From Acidobacteriota bacterium (lineage in GTDB: Bacteria; Acidobacteriota; Blastocatellia; Pyrinomonadales; Pyrinomonadaceae), in the NCBI GenBank assembly GCA_020200235.1, contig JAIVJC010000008.1:449-64448 (forward strand): a DNA stretch of 64,000 nucleotides, written 5' to 3'. Below, in pieces: positions 48,801 to 56,857 of the stretch (the stretch's first letter is position 1; every line of letters begins with the position of its first letter). The notes beneath the pieces are model-generated. The model saw only the letters and a list, made by a program, of their open reading frames with translations, was not told the origin of the DNA and searched no databases. A program made the translations under genes and the position numbers.

Positions 48801-49720
48801 GCGCGACCGTCGACCGCATCGAGCAGAATGCGGCGTTCCTGCCGCTGCGTCTCAGACGCAACCAGCAGTTCTCGACCATCACTTACCTCGACAACAGCGG
48901 CGCGTCTAACTACCACTCCGCGCAGTTCACCTTGCGCAAACGCTTCGCCGCCGGTCTCGGCTTGAGCGCGGCTTACACCTTCGGCAAGTCGATCGACAAC
49001 CAGTCGGTCGATCCCGTGGGCGCGGCGTCGGGCGGTGGTCTCTCGCAAACCAACTCGCGCACGCCGACTGACATCCGCAACTTCCGCGAGGAGCGCGCCC
49101 GCTCTGACTTCGACCGCCGCCACGTCTTCACGATGACCTCTTCGTGGGAAGTGCCCGTCGGCAAGGGTCGCCGCTTCCTGGCGGACTCCCCCGGAATCGT
49201 CAAAACCCTTCTGGGCGACTGGAGCATCAACGGCATCTTCAACGCGATGTCGGGCGAGCCCTTCTCGGTGCGCAGCGGCGCGCGCACGTCCAACTCGGCT
49301 CACGAGTCTCGCGCGGCGGTCCTGAACTTCGTCCAACCGGAGTTGCAAGACCTCCCGAACGTCCGCGGGCCCGTGCTCTTCCCGAACGCGAACAACTTCG
49401 CGCTCCCGCAGCCGGGTACGAACGGGGCGGGGCGCAACATCTTCACCGCGCCCGGCTACTGGAACCTCGATCTCTCCTTCATCAAGTTCTTCAACGTGAC
49501 GGAGCGGCTCAGGGTGCAGTTCCGCACGGAGATGTTCAACGCGCTGAACCACGCGAACTTCGACAATCCGCGCGATGCTTCGGTCGGCAGCCCGAGCTTC
49601 CGCTCCGACGTGTTCGGGCAGACCTGCTGCGCTGCTGTCGCGCCCCCTTCGGCGCAGACCATCATCCAGACGGGCGAGTCGTCGCGCGTCATCCAGTTCG
49701 GTTTGAAGATTCAGTTCTAG
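45854..49720 (+). CDS. TonB-dependent receptor with N-terminal CarboxypepD_reg-like domain (1288 aa)
   Basis: ATG 45854 lies 6 nt after aggagg. Signal peptide ALCLAAALVLAAGTLSAQ. The domain pattern is TGTVTDSTGAVVAGATVTAKNEATG...GLYAFTSLPVGAYTV. LNGRNP is plug-like. The terminal sequence is F (GLKIQF). Confidence 0.9.
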   Translation: MSRIIPRALCLAAALVLAAGTLSAQTSTSRITGTVTDSTGAVVAGATVTAKNEATGVTQTQVTTDSGLYAFTSLPVGAYTVSVERQGFKTAQRTNNQLLVNTPLSVDMVLEAGNVSEVVTVQGGAEQLQTSNATIGNVVEQKAIEQLPLNGRNPLTLLVYEPGVVQRSAGGAGSGIHVNGSRDRAFNVTIDGIEANESSVPNPVSNLYRLNPDNVQEFKVTTNNATAEEGRNSGASISVRTRSGTNELHGNAFYFHRNDALNSKEFFANALNQPKQIIKLHQFGGEAGGPVIRDKTFFFGSYQMNRVSFTQAIDQTFGVPIVYTGLARQGIFRYFVPDPANPLVINGTTITRNSRLLVDSSTGNLVSGVSLCSTPTQLRCVRTYNVLDPANNTGGRTFDQSVAALINRYPAPNNFNVGGDGLNTGAYLWNPPTKIKGPAYMARIDHTFNQSNSIFGRYLFSDYNTLEGDPLNGRPQVFPGFAPLGEVYRRTSGLALNYRHVFSPYITNEVTVGYGRFQFLFTQGEANPDFPNVPPFDFNNLSEPYNNTPRTARAVTTPQILDNLTVVRGAHVIGAGANIRVYRHVDQRGQPGGINVTPAIDFAPSRRNPFAAGGGFTTAANIDTTTDITTLRGLINNVFGLPARIQQTFISNLNQDVFLPFKVGDQVTLFAEQHKLNQFNFYAQDEWKARQNLTLSYGLRWEINPAATTVGGSVLRPTTAITNQTVTFAPADTWYDTTKLGVFGPRLGLAWSPAFKSGPFKSLFGTNSRSVIRLGYGIAYDTISSFQVTAAAGRVPGLLVTCSSTFNNTTQTFSTATNGCVPPTSTSLAGGFPLLLSPPTTKPSSFLTLPVQTVNNAPPVTVFAPEMKVPTVHQWNVSFQRELPGGFVGQMAYVGRAGNRLFMAYNINQINSDPILPSFLLLQENVRRGCNPAGTVCVGGATPIPASQIPLIGQLNALGGGTAGVTFVNSDDVVGDLRLNAAGATVDRIEQNAAFLPLRLRRNQQFSTITYLDNSGASNYHSAQFTLRKRFAAGLGLSAAYTFGKSIDNQSVDPVGAASGGGLSQTNSRTPTDIRNFREERARSDFDRRHVFTMTSSWEVPVGKGRRFLADSPGIVKTLLGDWSINGIFNAMSGEPFSVRSGARTSNSAHESRAAVLNFVQPELQDLPNVRGPVLFPNANNFALPQPGTNGAGRNIFTAPGYWNLDLSFIKFFNVTERLRVQFRTEMFNALNHANFDNPRDASVGSPSFRSDVFGQTCCAAVAPPSAQTIIQTGESSRVIQFGLKIQF

Positions 49721-49735
49721 TCTTCGACCGCTCAC

Positions 49736-49784
49736 ACGCAAAGAGAGTGGCGCGCCAACCAAAGGCGCGCCACTCTCTTTGCGT
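49736..49784. terminator. Perfect 21-bp hairpin between convergent genes (bidirectional terminator candidate)
   Basis: acgcaaagagagtggcgcgcc (49736-49756), a 7-nt loop, then ggcgcgccactctctttgcgt (49764-49784). Confidence 0.7.
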
Positions 49785-49857
49785 TCGACTAATTCGATCT
49801 ACCTCGCACGAGCTGGCGCGGGCGTCCGCCGTCTCGACTGCCCGCGCGCCCCGCGCC

Positions 49858-51066
49858 TTACTTCCCCGAAGGCCGAGTCTTTAGCTTGCCCACCGCGTCC
49901 CTGATCTCGGCGGCGTTGCGCGCGTCGGGCACGTCCTTTAAATACTGCTCGAAGGCGAGCCGGGCGAGATCGAACTTCTGCTGGTGGAAGTAGAGCTGAC
50001 CGAGCATGAGCTGCGCGTAGCCGGCGCGCGCGCCGCCGAGCTCGTAGGCGCGCAGCAGCGAGCGCTCAGCCTCCGGCAGCTGCTTGAGCTGGATCAGACC
50101 GCCGCCGAGCAGCAGGTGCGCGTTGAACCCTGTGGGCTCAAGCTCGGTCGCGCGCCGCAACTCCCTGACCGCCTCCACCATTTTAGCCTCGCGGCTCAGC
50201 ACCCGCCCCAGTTTGTAATGCAGCTCAGCCCGCTCCTCGCGCGAGAGGGTCTCTCCGGCGAGACCGGCGCGCAGAGCCTTGGCGGTCTCAGCCAGGCGTC
50301 CCGCGTCGTAGAGCGCGTCGGCTAAGCTCGCGCGCAGGCCGGGCAGCAACGGGTTCTCTTTGAAGAGCGTCTGGAGCAGGTCGGCGGCTTCGTCGTGCTT
50401 GCCCATGCGGTTGAGCGTGATGCCGAGGTTGAGCCGCGAGGGGGCGAAGCGGTTGCTGATCTTTATCGCGCGCTGGAAGGTGTCGGCTGCTTCCTCCAAC
50501 CGATTAATCTTCATGTAGACGACGCCGAGATCGTTGAGCGCGCGCAGGTACTGCGGGTGAAGACTCACGGCTCGCTTGAGGCTCTCGATGCCGGCGTCGG
50601 TCTGCCCCTTGACTATCGCCTCCATCCCCTCCCTGTAGGCTGACTGCGCGCCCGCCGGCACGTCCGCGTCGAGGGTGGCGACATCGATCACGCCCGCGCG
50701 CGGCGTCGCGGCGGCTTTGAGCGGGCGGAGGAAGACCGTCGTGTAAGGGATGTCGCCCATGTTGGAGAGGCGGAACACGACCGTCGTGTCGTCGTACGTC
50801 TGCCGGTCGCCGTTGACGAAGATGGTGTAGTTGCCGGGCTTCATGAGGGATCGGGGCATGCTGTATTTGCCCTTCGAGTCCGTGTAGAGCGTCTCGATGC
50901 GCCCGTCGTCGCGCGACAGCGTGAACCGTAACTCGTGGCTGAACTGGCCCCCGCCCGGCATGAAAAACTGGATGACGGGCGGAGCGCCCGGGCTTTGGGC
51001 CGAGACGCCGAGCGTGCACAGGAGGATGACGTGCGCGAGGAGAAGAAGGGTTCGCGTGAGTCTCAT
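49858..51066 (-). CDS. Secreted TPR-repeat protein with beta-rich N-terminal domain (copy 1)
   Basis: ATG 51066 (MRLTRTLLLLAHVILLCTLGVSAQ). The N-domain reads VIQFFMPGGGQFSHELRFTLSRDDGRIETLYTDSKGKY. About 7 TPR units follow (e.g. YLRALNDLGVVYMKINRLEEAADTFQRAIKI). It is a paralog of 55585..56784. Confidence 0.8.
   Translation of the reverse strand: MRLTRTLLLLAHVILLCTLGVSAQSPGAPPVIQFFMPGGGQFSHELRFTLSRDDGRIETLYTDSKGKYSMPRSLMKPGNYTIFVNGDRQTYDDTTVVFRLSNMGDIPYTTVFLRPLKAAATPRAGVIDVATLDADVPAGAQSAYREGMEAIVKGQTDAGIESLKRAVSLHPQYLRALNDLGVVYMKINRLEEAADTFQRAIKISNRFAPSRLNLGITLNRMGKHDEAADLLQTLFKENPLLPGLRASLADALYDAGRLAETAKALRAGLAGETLSREERAELHYKLGRVLSREAKMVEAVRELRRATELEPTGFNAHLLLGGGLIQLKQLPEAERSLLRAYELGGARAGYAQLMLGQLYFHQQKFDLARLAFEQYLKDVPDARNAAEIRDAVGKLKTRPSGK
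50521..50588. repeat. 68-nt tract identical to 56248-56315 (inside the two TPR paralogs)
   Basis: gacgccgagatcgttgagcgcgcgcaggtactgcgggtgaagactcacggctcgcttgaggctctcga occurs at both places. The flanking paralogous sequence is clearly diverged. Confidence 0.85.
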
Positions 51067-51228
51067 GTTCGTCGCCCCTCGGCTGCGATGGTTGACCCCT
51101 TGCCGGTTGAGGCGCAAGGATACCTCCGAGGGCGCGGCGCCGTCTAGCCTCACGCCCTCGCCTCGCACGTCGGTGCCGGGGTCGAGCCTTCGGCGTGCGT
51201 GCAGGCGAGCGCGCCGGATTAATTTTCC

Positions 51229-51257
51229 TTGACCTGACTCAGGCACACCGGTATCTT
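51229..51257 (+). promoter_or_regulatory. Sigma70-like promoter candidate for the 51490 receptor gene
   Basis: TTGACC (51229-51234), a 17-nt spacer, then TATCTT (51252-51257). It is preceded by ATTTTCC and would give a leader of about 230 nt. Confidence 0.35.
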
Positions 51258-51489
51258 GCCCGCAACGTTGGCAGAACCGAACCGGGGTCGAGGGATTACC
51301 TGCGCGAAGGGTTGTCGTTTTTTCCGTCCCAGCTGAATCCTTTAAAGCTAGCCGTCACGTCTTCAACATCGAGGGGTATCATTCGTCCGGCGAGTGTAGC
51401 TACGAGCACGACCTCCCCCGCCCACACCGCAGTCGCCCGCCGCCAGGCGAGCGCACTCGGGAATCTTAAGCCTCTGGAAGGAGCCCACC

Positions 51490-54400
51490 ATGAAAAAGTT
51501 CATGCCTGCCGTCGCCGCCGCGCTCTGCCTCGCGGCGCTGCTCTCCGCGCACGCCTTCGGGCAAGCCACCACCACCAGCTCCCTTAACGGCTCTGTGACC
51601 GACGCGCAGCACGCCGTCGTCGCGAACGCCAACGTCGTCGTCAGGAACACGGCGACCAGCGCCGAGTTCAACGTCCAGACCGCCGACAACGGCACGTTCA
51701 CCGTGCCCGCGCTGCCCGCCGGCACCTACACGGTGACGATCACGGCGCAGGGCTTCAAGCAGTCGCTCGTGCAGGACGTGAAGGTGGAGCTGACCCGCCC
51801 GGCGTCGGTCAACGTCATGCTCGAGGTCGGCGCGGTGACGGACGTCGTCACCATCACGGGCGGCGGCGAGGTCTTGCAGTCGACGAATGCCACCATCAGC
51901 TCGACCATCACGGGGCGGCAGATCATCGAGCTCCCCTTCGCCACGCGCGACGCGCTCCAGCTCGCCCTCGTGCAGCCGGGGACGCAGACGGCGACCGTGC
52001 CGCGCGCCTCGACGATCAACGGGCTCCCCAAAGCCAGCGTCAACATCACCCTCGACGGCATCAACGTGCAGGACAACCTGCTGAAGTCATCGGACGGGTT
52101 CTTCACCTCGACGCAGGCGAAAGCCGACGCCGTCGGCGAGATGACGCTCTCCTCCGCCGTCCCCGGCGCGGAGAGCGGCGCGGGCGGCGCGTCGCAGATT
52201 CGCTTCTCGACCAAGAGCGGGACCAACGAGTTCCACGGCGGCGGCTTCTGGCAGCACCGTAACACGGCGCTCAACTCGAACTACTACTTCAACAACATCG
52301 ACGGGCTGCGGCGCGACTTCCTCATCCTCAACCAGTTCGGCGGCCACCTCGGCGGCCCCGTCATGAAGAACAAGCTCTTCTTCTTCGTCAACTATGAGGA
52401 GTTCCGTCTGCCCCAATCCTACCCCGCCGCCAGGACGGTTCTGACGGACAAGGCGCGGAGCGGCATCTTCACCTACAAGGATACGGGCGGGGTCGTCCGC
52501 GAGGTCCCCCTCTTCGCCATCGCGGCGGCGCGCAACCCGACCTTGCCGTCGAACGTGCGCCCCTACGCCACCACCGCCGATCCGATCGTCACAAACCTGC
52601 TGGGGCTGTTCGCGCAGGGCGTCGCTCAAGGCGGCACAATCCGCAGCCGCATCGGGAGCGCGAACGACTACAACCGGCTCGACTACAACTTCCAGGCGCC
52701 GGGCACCAACATCCGCCGCTTCCCGACCTCGCGCTTCGACTGGAACATCAACAAGAACCACCAGGTCGAGTTCAGCTACCACTACCAGCAGTACTTCTCC
52801 AACCCTGACGCCGTCAACGGTCAGTTGCCGGTCGTCCCCGGAGCCGGGATCGTGCTCGGGGCGGAGTCGAACACGACGGGCAGCATCCGGCGCAACGCCT
52901 TCTCGTTCGCCGGGGCGCTGCGCTCGACCCTCTCCACGACTTTAGTCAACGAGGCGCGCTACACGCTCGGCAACGGCGGCATCTCGATCTTCGGCGGCGA
53001 GGTGAACCCGACGCTCTTCGCCGGGCGGCGCGGCTACACGCTCGGCTTCCCCTTCGGCAGCAACCCGCAGACGCGCAGCACGCAGTCGCGCCGCCACACC
53101 CCGGTCACGACCATCTACGACACGCTGACCTGGACGAAGGGCGAGCACTCGATCAACTTCGGCGGCAGCCTCACCCACGTCAAAGGCTTCCAGCAGAGCC
53201 AGGGCAGCGAGACGATCCCGGCCGCCAACTTCGGCATCGCCGCCGGCGATCCCGTCAACAACGGCGCGACCGCGATCTTCACCCTGGCGAACTTCCCCGG
53301 CAGCAGCAGCGGTCAGCGCAGCGAAGCCGCCAACCTCTACGCCCTGCTGACGGCGCGCGTGAGCAGCCTCACCTACCGCGCCACGCTCGACGAGGAGCAC
53401 CAGTTCGGCACGACGCCCTTCGAGGAGCAGAACTTCCACAACGAGCTGGGCTTCTACGCGCAGGATCAGTGGCGCTTCCGCCCGAACCTCACGCTCAACT
53501 ACGGCGTGCGCTGGGAGATCGACTTCGCGCCGCGCAACCAGAACGGCGTCTACACCACCGCCGGCTACGAGTCGGTCTACAGCGTTTCGGGTGTCGGCAA
53601 CCTCTTCAAGCCCGGCGTCTACACCAACAACACGATGCCCCAGTTCCGGCTCGTCGATGAGAACACTAAGCCCTACAAGACACGTTACAACGACTTCGCC
53701 CCCTCCTTCGGCGCGGCCTGGTCGCCGAACCTCGGGGCGAAGTCCGAGCTGCTCAGGCGCGTCTTCGGGAAGGGCGGGCAGACGGTCTTGCGCGGCGGGT
53801 ACTCCATCGCCTTCGTGCGCGAAGGCTTCGACACTTTCTACAGCATGTGGGGCCTCAACCCCGGCCCCTTCCTCAGCCTGAGCGTGAGCCCCGGGACGAC
53901 GCCCGCCGACTTCGTCGGCCCGAGCGGGTTCAGCGGTCCCGGCAGCGTCTACTTCCGCGACCCGACTCTGCCGCGGCGGCTCCCGCCCGCGCAAGCCCAA
54001 TTCCCGATCACGCCGGGACCGGGCGAAGATTTCAACGAGTGGTCGCCCAATCTCCGGATGGGCTACGTCCAATCCTGGTCGGTCGGCATCCAGCGCGAGC
54101 TGAGCAAGAACATGGCGTTCGAGATTCGCTACGTCGGCAACCACGGGACGAGCCTCTGGCGTCAGTACGAGCTCAACGAGGTGAACATCTTCGAGAACGG
54201 GTTCCTCGACGAATTCAAGATCGCCCAGGAGAACCTGCGGCTGGCGCGCCTCAGCAACCCGACGAGCAACAACTTCGGCCCGCAGGTTTCCGTGCCCGGG
54301 ACGAGGCCCATCCCGATCATCTCGACGGCTCTCGGCCTGACGACGGACGAAGGTTTCGCGACCACGATCCGGCGCGGGCTGGCGGGCAGCCTCGCGAACA

Positions 54401-55494
54401 GCATCGCGTTCAACACGACCCGCATGAATAATCTGCTGTTCGCCGGCCCCACACAGGCCGGGCTGCCGGGCGTCTCCTGGGTTGAGCTGCCCGGCTCAAG
54501 TTGCACGCGGCCAAACCCACCAGGCTCGCCCTCAGGAACCGTCACCACGGGTCCGTGCCGTGTGTCGAACTTCTTCATCGTCAACCCGCTGGCGACCGGG
54601 GGCTCGTTCCTCGTCACCAACGACGGTCACTCCACCTACAACGCGATGCAGGTGGAGCTCAGGCGGCGGCTCTCGCGCGGCTTGCTGGTGGACGGCAGCT
54701 ACACCTTCGCGAAGTCTCTGACGAACATGTTCGCCAACAGCTCGTCGGTCTTTAGCCAGCCCACGACCTTGCGGGATAAGGGTTACGACAAAGGTCCTTC
54801 GCCCTTCGACCTGCGCCACGCCTTCAAGATCAACGGCATCTACGAGCTGCCCTTCGGGCCCGGTCGCCGCTTCCTGGACAGCACGAACCCGGTCTTCAAC
54901 AAGCTGCTCGAAGGCTGGCAGATCGGCGGGGTGGCGCGCATCCAGTCGGGGACGCCGCTCCGCATCACCGGCGGTCGCGCGACTTTCAACGACAAGGAGA
55001 ACGGCGTGGTGCTCCACAACATCACGCGCAATCAACTCCAGAGCCTGGTCAAGCTCCGGAAGACGCCGAGCGGCGTCGTCTACTGGCTGCCCGACTCGAT
55101 CATCCAGAACTCGCTGGCGGCGTTCGAAGTCGCCGGCGCGCCCCCGCTCGACCCGAGCGCGCCTTACATCGGGCCGCCGACGACGCCGGGCGAGCTCGGC
55201 GCGCGCCTCTTCCTCTACGGTCTCTGGCAGAAGCGTATCGACTTGAACGTGCTCAAGAAGACCCGGATCACGGAGCGGGTTAACATGGAGTTCCGCGCCC
55301 AGTTCTTGAACGCTTTCAACTACCAGAACTTCTTCGCCGGGAGTGTGAACAGCGTCAACAGCCCGATCCTCGGCGACGGGGGCATCGGCTCGCAGTTCGG
55401 CCAGACCCGCTCGGCTTACCGCGACAACACCGTCTCCGGCACCAACGATCCGGGCGGGCGGCTGATCGAATTCCAGATCCGCCTCAACTTCTGA
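51490..55494 (+). CDS. TonB-dependent receptor with N-terminal CarboxypepD_reg-like domain (1334 aa)
   Basis: ATG follows ggaaggag. Signal peptide AAALCLAALLSAHAFGQ. The domain pattern is NGSVTDAQHAVVANANVVVRNTATS...GTFTVPALPAGTYTV. The terminal sequence is F (QIRLNF). Confidence 0.9.
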   Translation: MKKFMPAVAAALCLAALLSAHAFGQATTTSSLNGSVTDAQHAVVANANVVVRNTATSAEFNVQTADNGTFTVPALPAGTYTVTITAQGFKQSLVQDVKVELTRPASVNVMLEVGAVTDVVTITGGGEVLQSTNATISSTITGRQIIELPFATRDALQLALVQPGTQTATVPRASTINGLPKASVNITLDGINVQDNLLKSSDGFFTSTQAKADAVGEMTLSSAVPGAESGAGGASQIRFSTKSGTNEFHGGGFWQHRNTALNSNYYFNNIDGLRRDFLILNQFGGHLGGPVMKNKLFFFVNYEEFRLPQSYPAARTVLTDKARSGIFTYKDTGGVVREVPLFAIAAARNPTLPSNVRPYATTADPIVTNLLGLFAQGVAQGGTIRSRIGSANDYNRLDYNFQAPGTNIRRFPTSRFDWNINKNHQVEFSYHYQQYFSNPDAVNGQLPVVPGAGIVLGAESNTTGSIRRNAFSFAGALRSTLSTTLVNEARYTLGNGGISIFGGEVNPTLFAGRRGYTLGFPFGSNPQTRSTQSRRHTPVTTIYDTLTWTKGEHSINFGGSLTHVKGFQQSQGSETIPAANFGIAAGDPVNNGATAIFTLANFPGSSSGQRSEAANLYALLTARVSSLTYRATLDEEHQFGTTPFEEQNFHNELGFYAQDQWRFRPNLTLNYGVRWEIDFAPRNQNGVYTTAGYESVYSVSGVGNLFKPGVYTNNTMPQFRLVDENTKPYKTRYNDFAPSFGAAWSPNLGAKSELLRRVFGKGGQTVLRGGYSIAFVREGFDTFYSMWGLNPGPFLSLSVSPGTTPADFVGPSGFSGPGSVYFRDPTLPRRLPPAQAQFPITPGPGEDFNEWSPNLRMGYVQSWSVGIQRELSKNMAFEIRYVGNHGTSLWRQYELNEVNIFENGFLDEFKIAQENLRLARLSNPTSNNFGPQVSVPGTRPIPIISTALGLTTDEGFATTIRRGLAGSLANSIAFNTTRMNNLLFAGPTQAGLPGVSWVELPGSSCTRPNPPGSPSGTVTTGPCRVSNFFIVNPLATGGSFLVTNDGHSTYNAMQVELRRRLSRGLLVDGSYTFAKSLTNMFANSSSVFSQPTTLRDKGYDKGPSPFDLRHAFKINGIYELPFGPGRRFLDSTNPVFNKLLEGWQIGGVARIQSGTPLRITGGRATFNDKENGVVLHNITRNQLQSLVKLRKTPSGVVYWLPDSIIQNSLAAFEVAGAPPLDPSAPYIGPPTTPGELGARLFLYGLWQKRIDLNVLKKTRITERVNMEFRAQFLNAFNYQNFFAGSVNSVNSPILGDGGIGSQFGQTRSAYRDNTVSGTNDPGGRLIEFQIRLNF

Positions 55495-55526
55495 CCCGGC
55501 GATCCGAGATCGACCGGCGCATTAAA

Positions 55527-55565
55527 GAAGGGGCGCGCGAGTTCAACGAACTCGCGCGCCCCTTC
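55527..55565. terminator. GC-rich hairpin between convergent genes (bidirectional terminator candidate)
   Basis: gaaggggcgcgcgagtt ... aactcgcgcgccccttc, a stem of about 17 bp with a 3-5 nt loop. Confidence 0.7.
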
Positions 55566-55584
55566 CCTTTCCGCGTCGCTGCTC

Positions 55585-56784
55585 TTACTTGCCGCGCAAC
55601 CTGTTCTTGATCTTCACAGTCAGCGCCGTAATCTGCGCCGCGTTCGGCGACTGCGGCACGTCCTTCAGATACTGCTCGAAGGCGCGCAGCGCCGGCTCGA
55701 ATTTATTCTGCTCCAGGTAGAGCTGCCCGAGCAGGAGTTGCGCGTGCCCGACTCCCGCCCCGCCCAGCTCGTAGGCGCGCAGGAGAGACTTCTCCGCCTC
55801 CTCGGGGCGTTTCAACTGGAGCAGCCCGCCGCCCAAGAGCAGGTGCGCGTTCGCCGCGTCGGGCTGTAGCTCGACCGCGCGGCGCAGCTCCTTGACCGCC
55901 TCCGCGACCTTGTCCTCGCGGCTCAGCACGCGCCCGAGTTTGTAGTGCAGCTCGCCGCGCGCCGCGCGGTCGAGCCCTTCGCTGTCGAGCGCGGCGGCGA
56001 GTAGTTTCCGCGCCTCGCCGAGCCGACCCACGCCGTAGAGCGCGTCGGCGTAAGTGACCCGCGCGCCTTCGAGGTTCGGGCTGTCGCGGAAGAGCGTCTC
56101 CAGCAGCGCCACCGCCTCCTCGTGCCGGCCCTGCCGGTTCAGCACCGCGCCGAGGTTGAGGCGCGCGTGGGGGAAGCGGCTGTTGATCTTGATCGCGCGG
56201 CTGAAAGAGTCGGCGGCTTCGTCCAGCCGGTTCGACTTCAGGTAGAGGACGCCGAGATCGTTGAGCGCGCGCAGGTACTGCGGGTGAAGACTCACGGCTC
56301 GCTTGAGGCTCTCGACGGCTTCGGCGAGTCTCCCCTTGCCCGCCGCTTCCATCCCGGCGTCGTATGCGGCGCGCGCCGCGGCGGGCACGCCCAGATCGAA
56401 CTCGGACAGATCGACGACGTTCGCAGGGGGCACCGGCACGCCCTTCAGCGGTCTGAGGAAGACGGGCACGTAGGTGACGCCGCCCCCGGCGACGATGCGG
56501 AAGTTGGTGGTCGTCGTCTCGTAAGTCCGACCGTCGCCGTAAGCGGTCACGGTGTAGCTGCTCTCTTGCGAGAGGCTCCCGGTGAGATCGAATTTGCCCT
56601 TCGAATCCGTGAAGAGGGTTTCGACCCGCCCGTCGTCGCGCGTGAGCGTGAAGCGAATCTCCCGCGCCGGGTGCGACCTGTCGGGCATGAAGAACTGTAT
56701 GACGTGGGGAGCCTGCGCGCGGGCGCTCGCGGCGCACGCCAGGAGGCAGAGGGCGAGGGCGAGACTGTTTCGACGGACGCTCAT
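55585..56784 (-). CDS. Secreted TPR-repeat protein with beta-rich N-terminal domain (copy 2)
   Basis: 399 aa. The signal region has a possible lipobox (ALCLLACAASARAQ). The N-domain reads VIQFFMPDRSHPAREIRFTLTRDDGRVETLFTDSKGKF and TPR units follow. Confidence 0.8.
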   Translation of the reverse strand: MSVRRNSLALALCLLACAASARAQAPHVIQFFMPDRSHPAREIRFTLTRDDGRVETLFTDSKGKFDLTGSLSQESSYTVTAYGDGRTYETTTTNFRIVAGGGVTYVPVFLRPLKGVPVPPANVVDLSEFDLGVPAAARAAYDAGMEAAGKGRLAEAVESLKRAVSLHPQYLRALNDLGVLYLKSNRLDEAADSFSRAIKINSRFPHARLNLGAVLNRQGRHEEAVALLETLFRDSPNLEGARVTYADALYGVGRLGEARKLLAAALDSEGLDRAARGELHYKLGRVLSREDKVAEAVKELRRAVELQPDAANAHLLLGGGLLQLKRPEEAEKSLLRAYELGGAGVGHAQLLLGQLYLEQNKFEPALRAFEQYLKDVPQSPNAAQITALTVKIKNRLRGK

Positions 56785-56857
56785 GTGCTCTCAGCCGCCG
56801 CGCCCGATGGTCTCGACCCGACGCGGCGGCTGCGCGATTCTAACCCGGACGACGCGC

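Noticed and set aside
49736-49784. Whether the 21-bp perfect palindrome could be a MITE or mobile-element end.
   Set aside because: It is a single isolated hairpin with no flanking direct repeats. Its position between convergent stops fits a terminator, and the analogous hairpin at 55527-55565 has an unrelated sequence.
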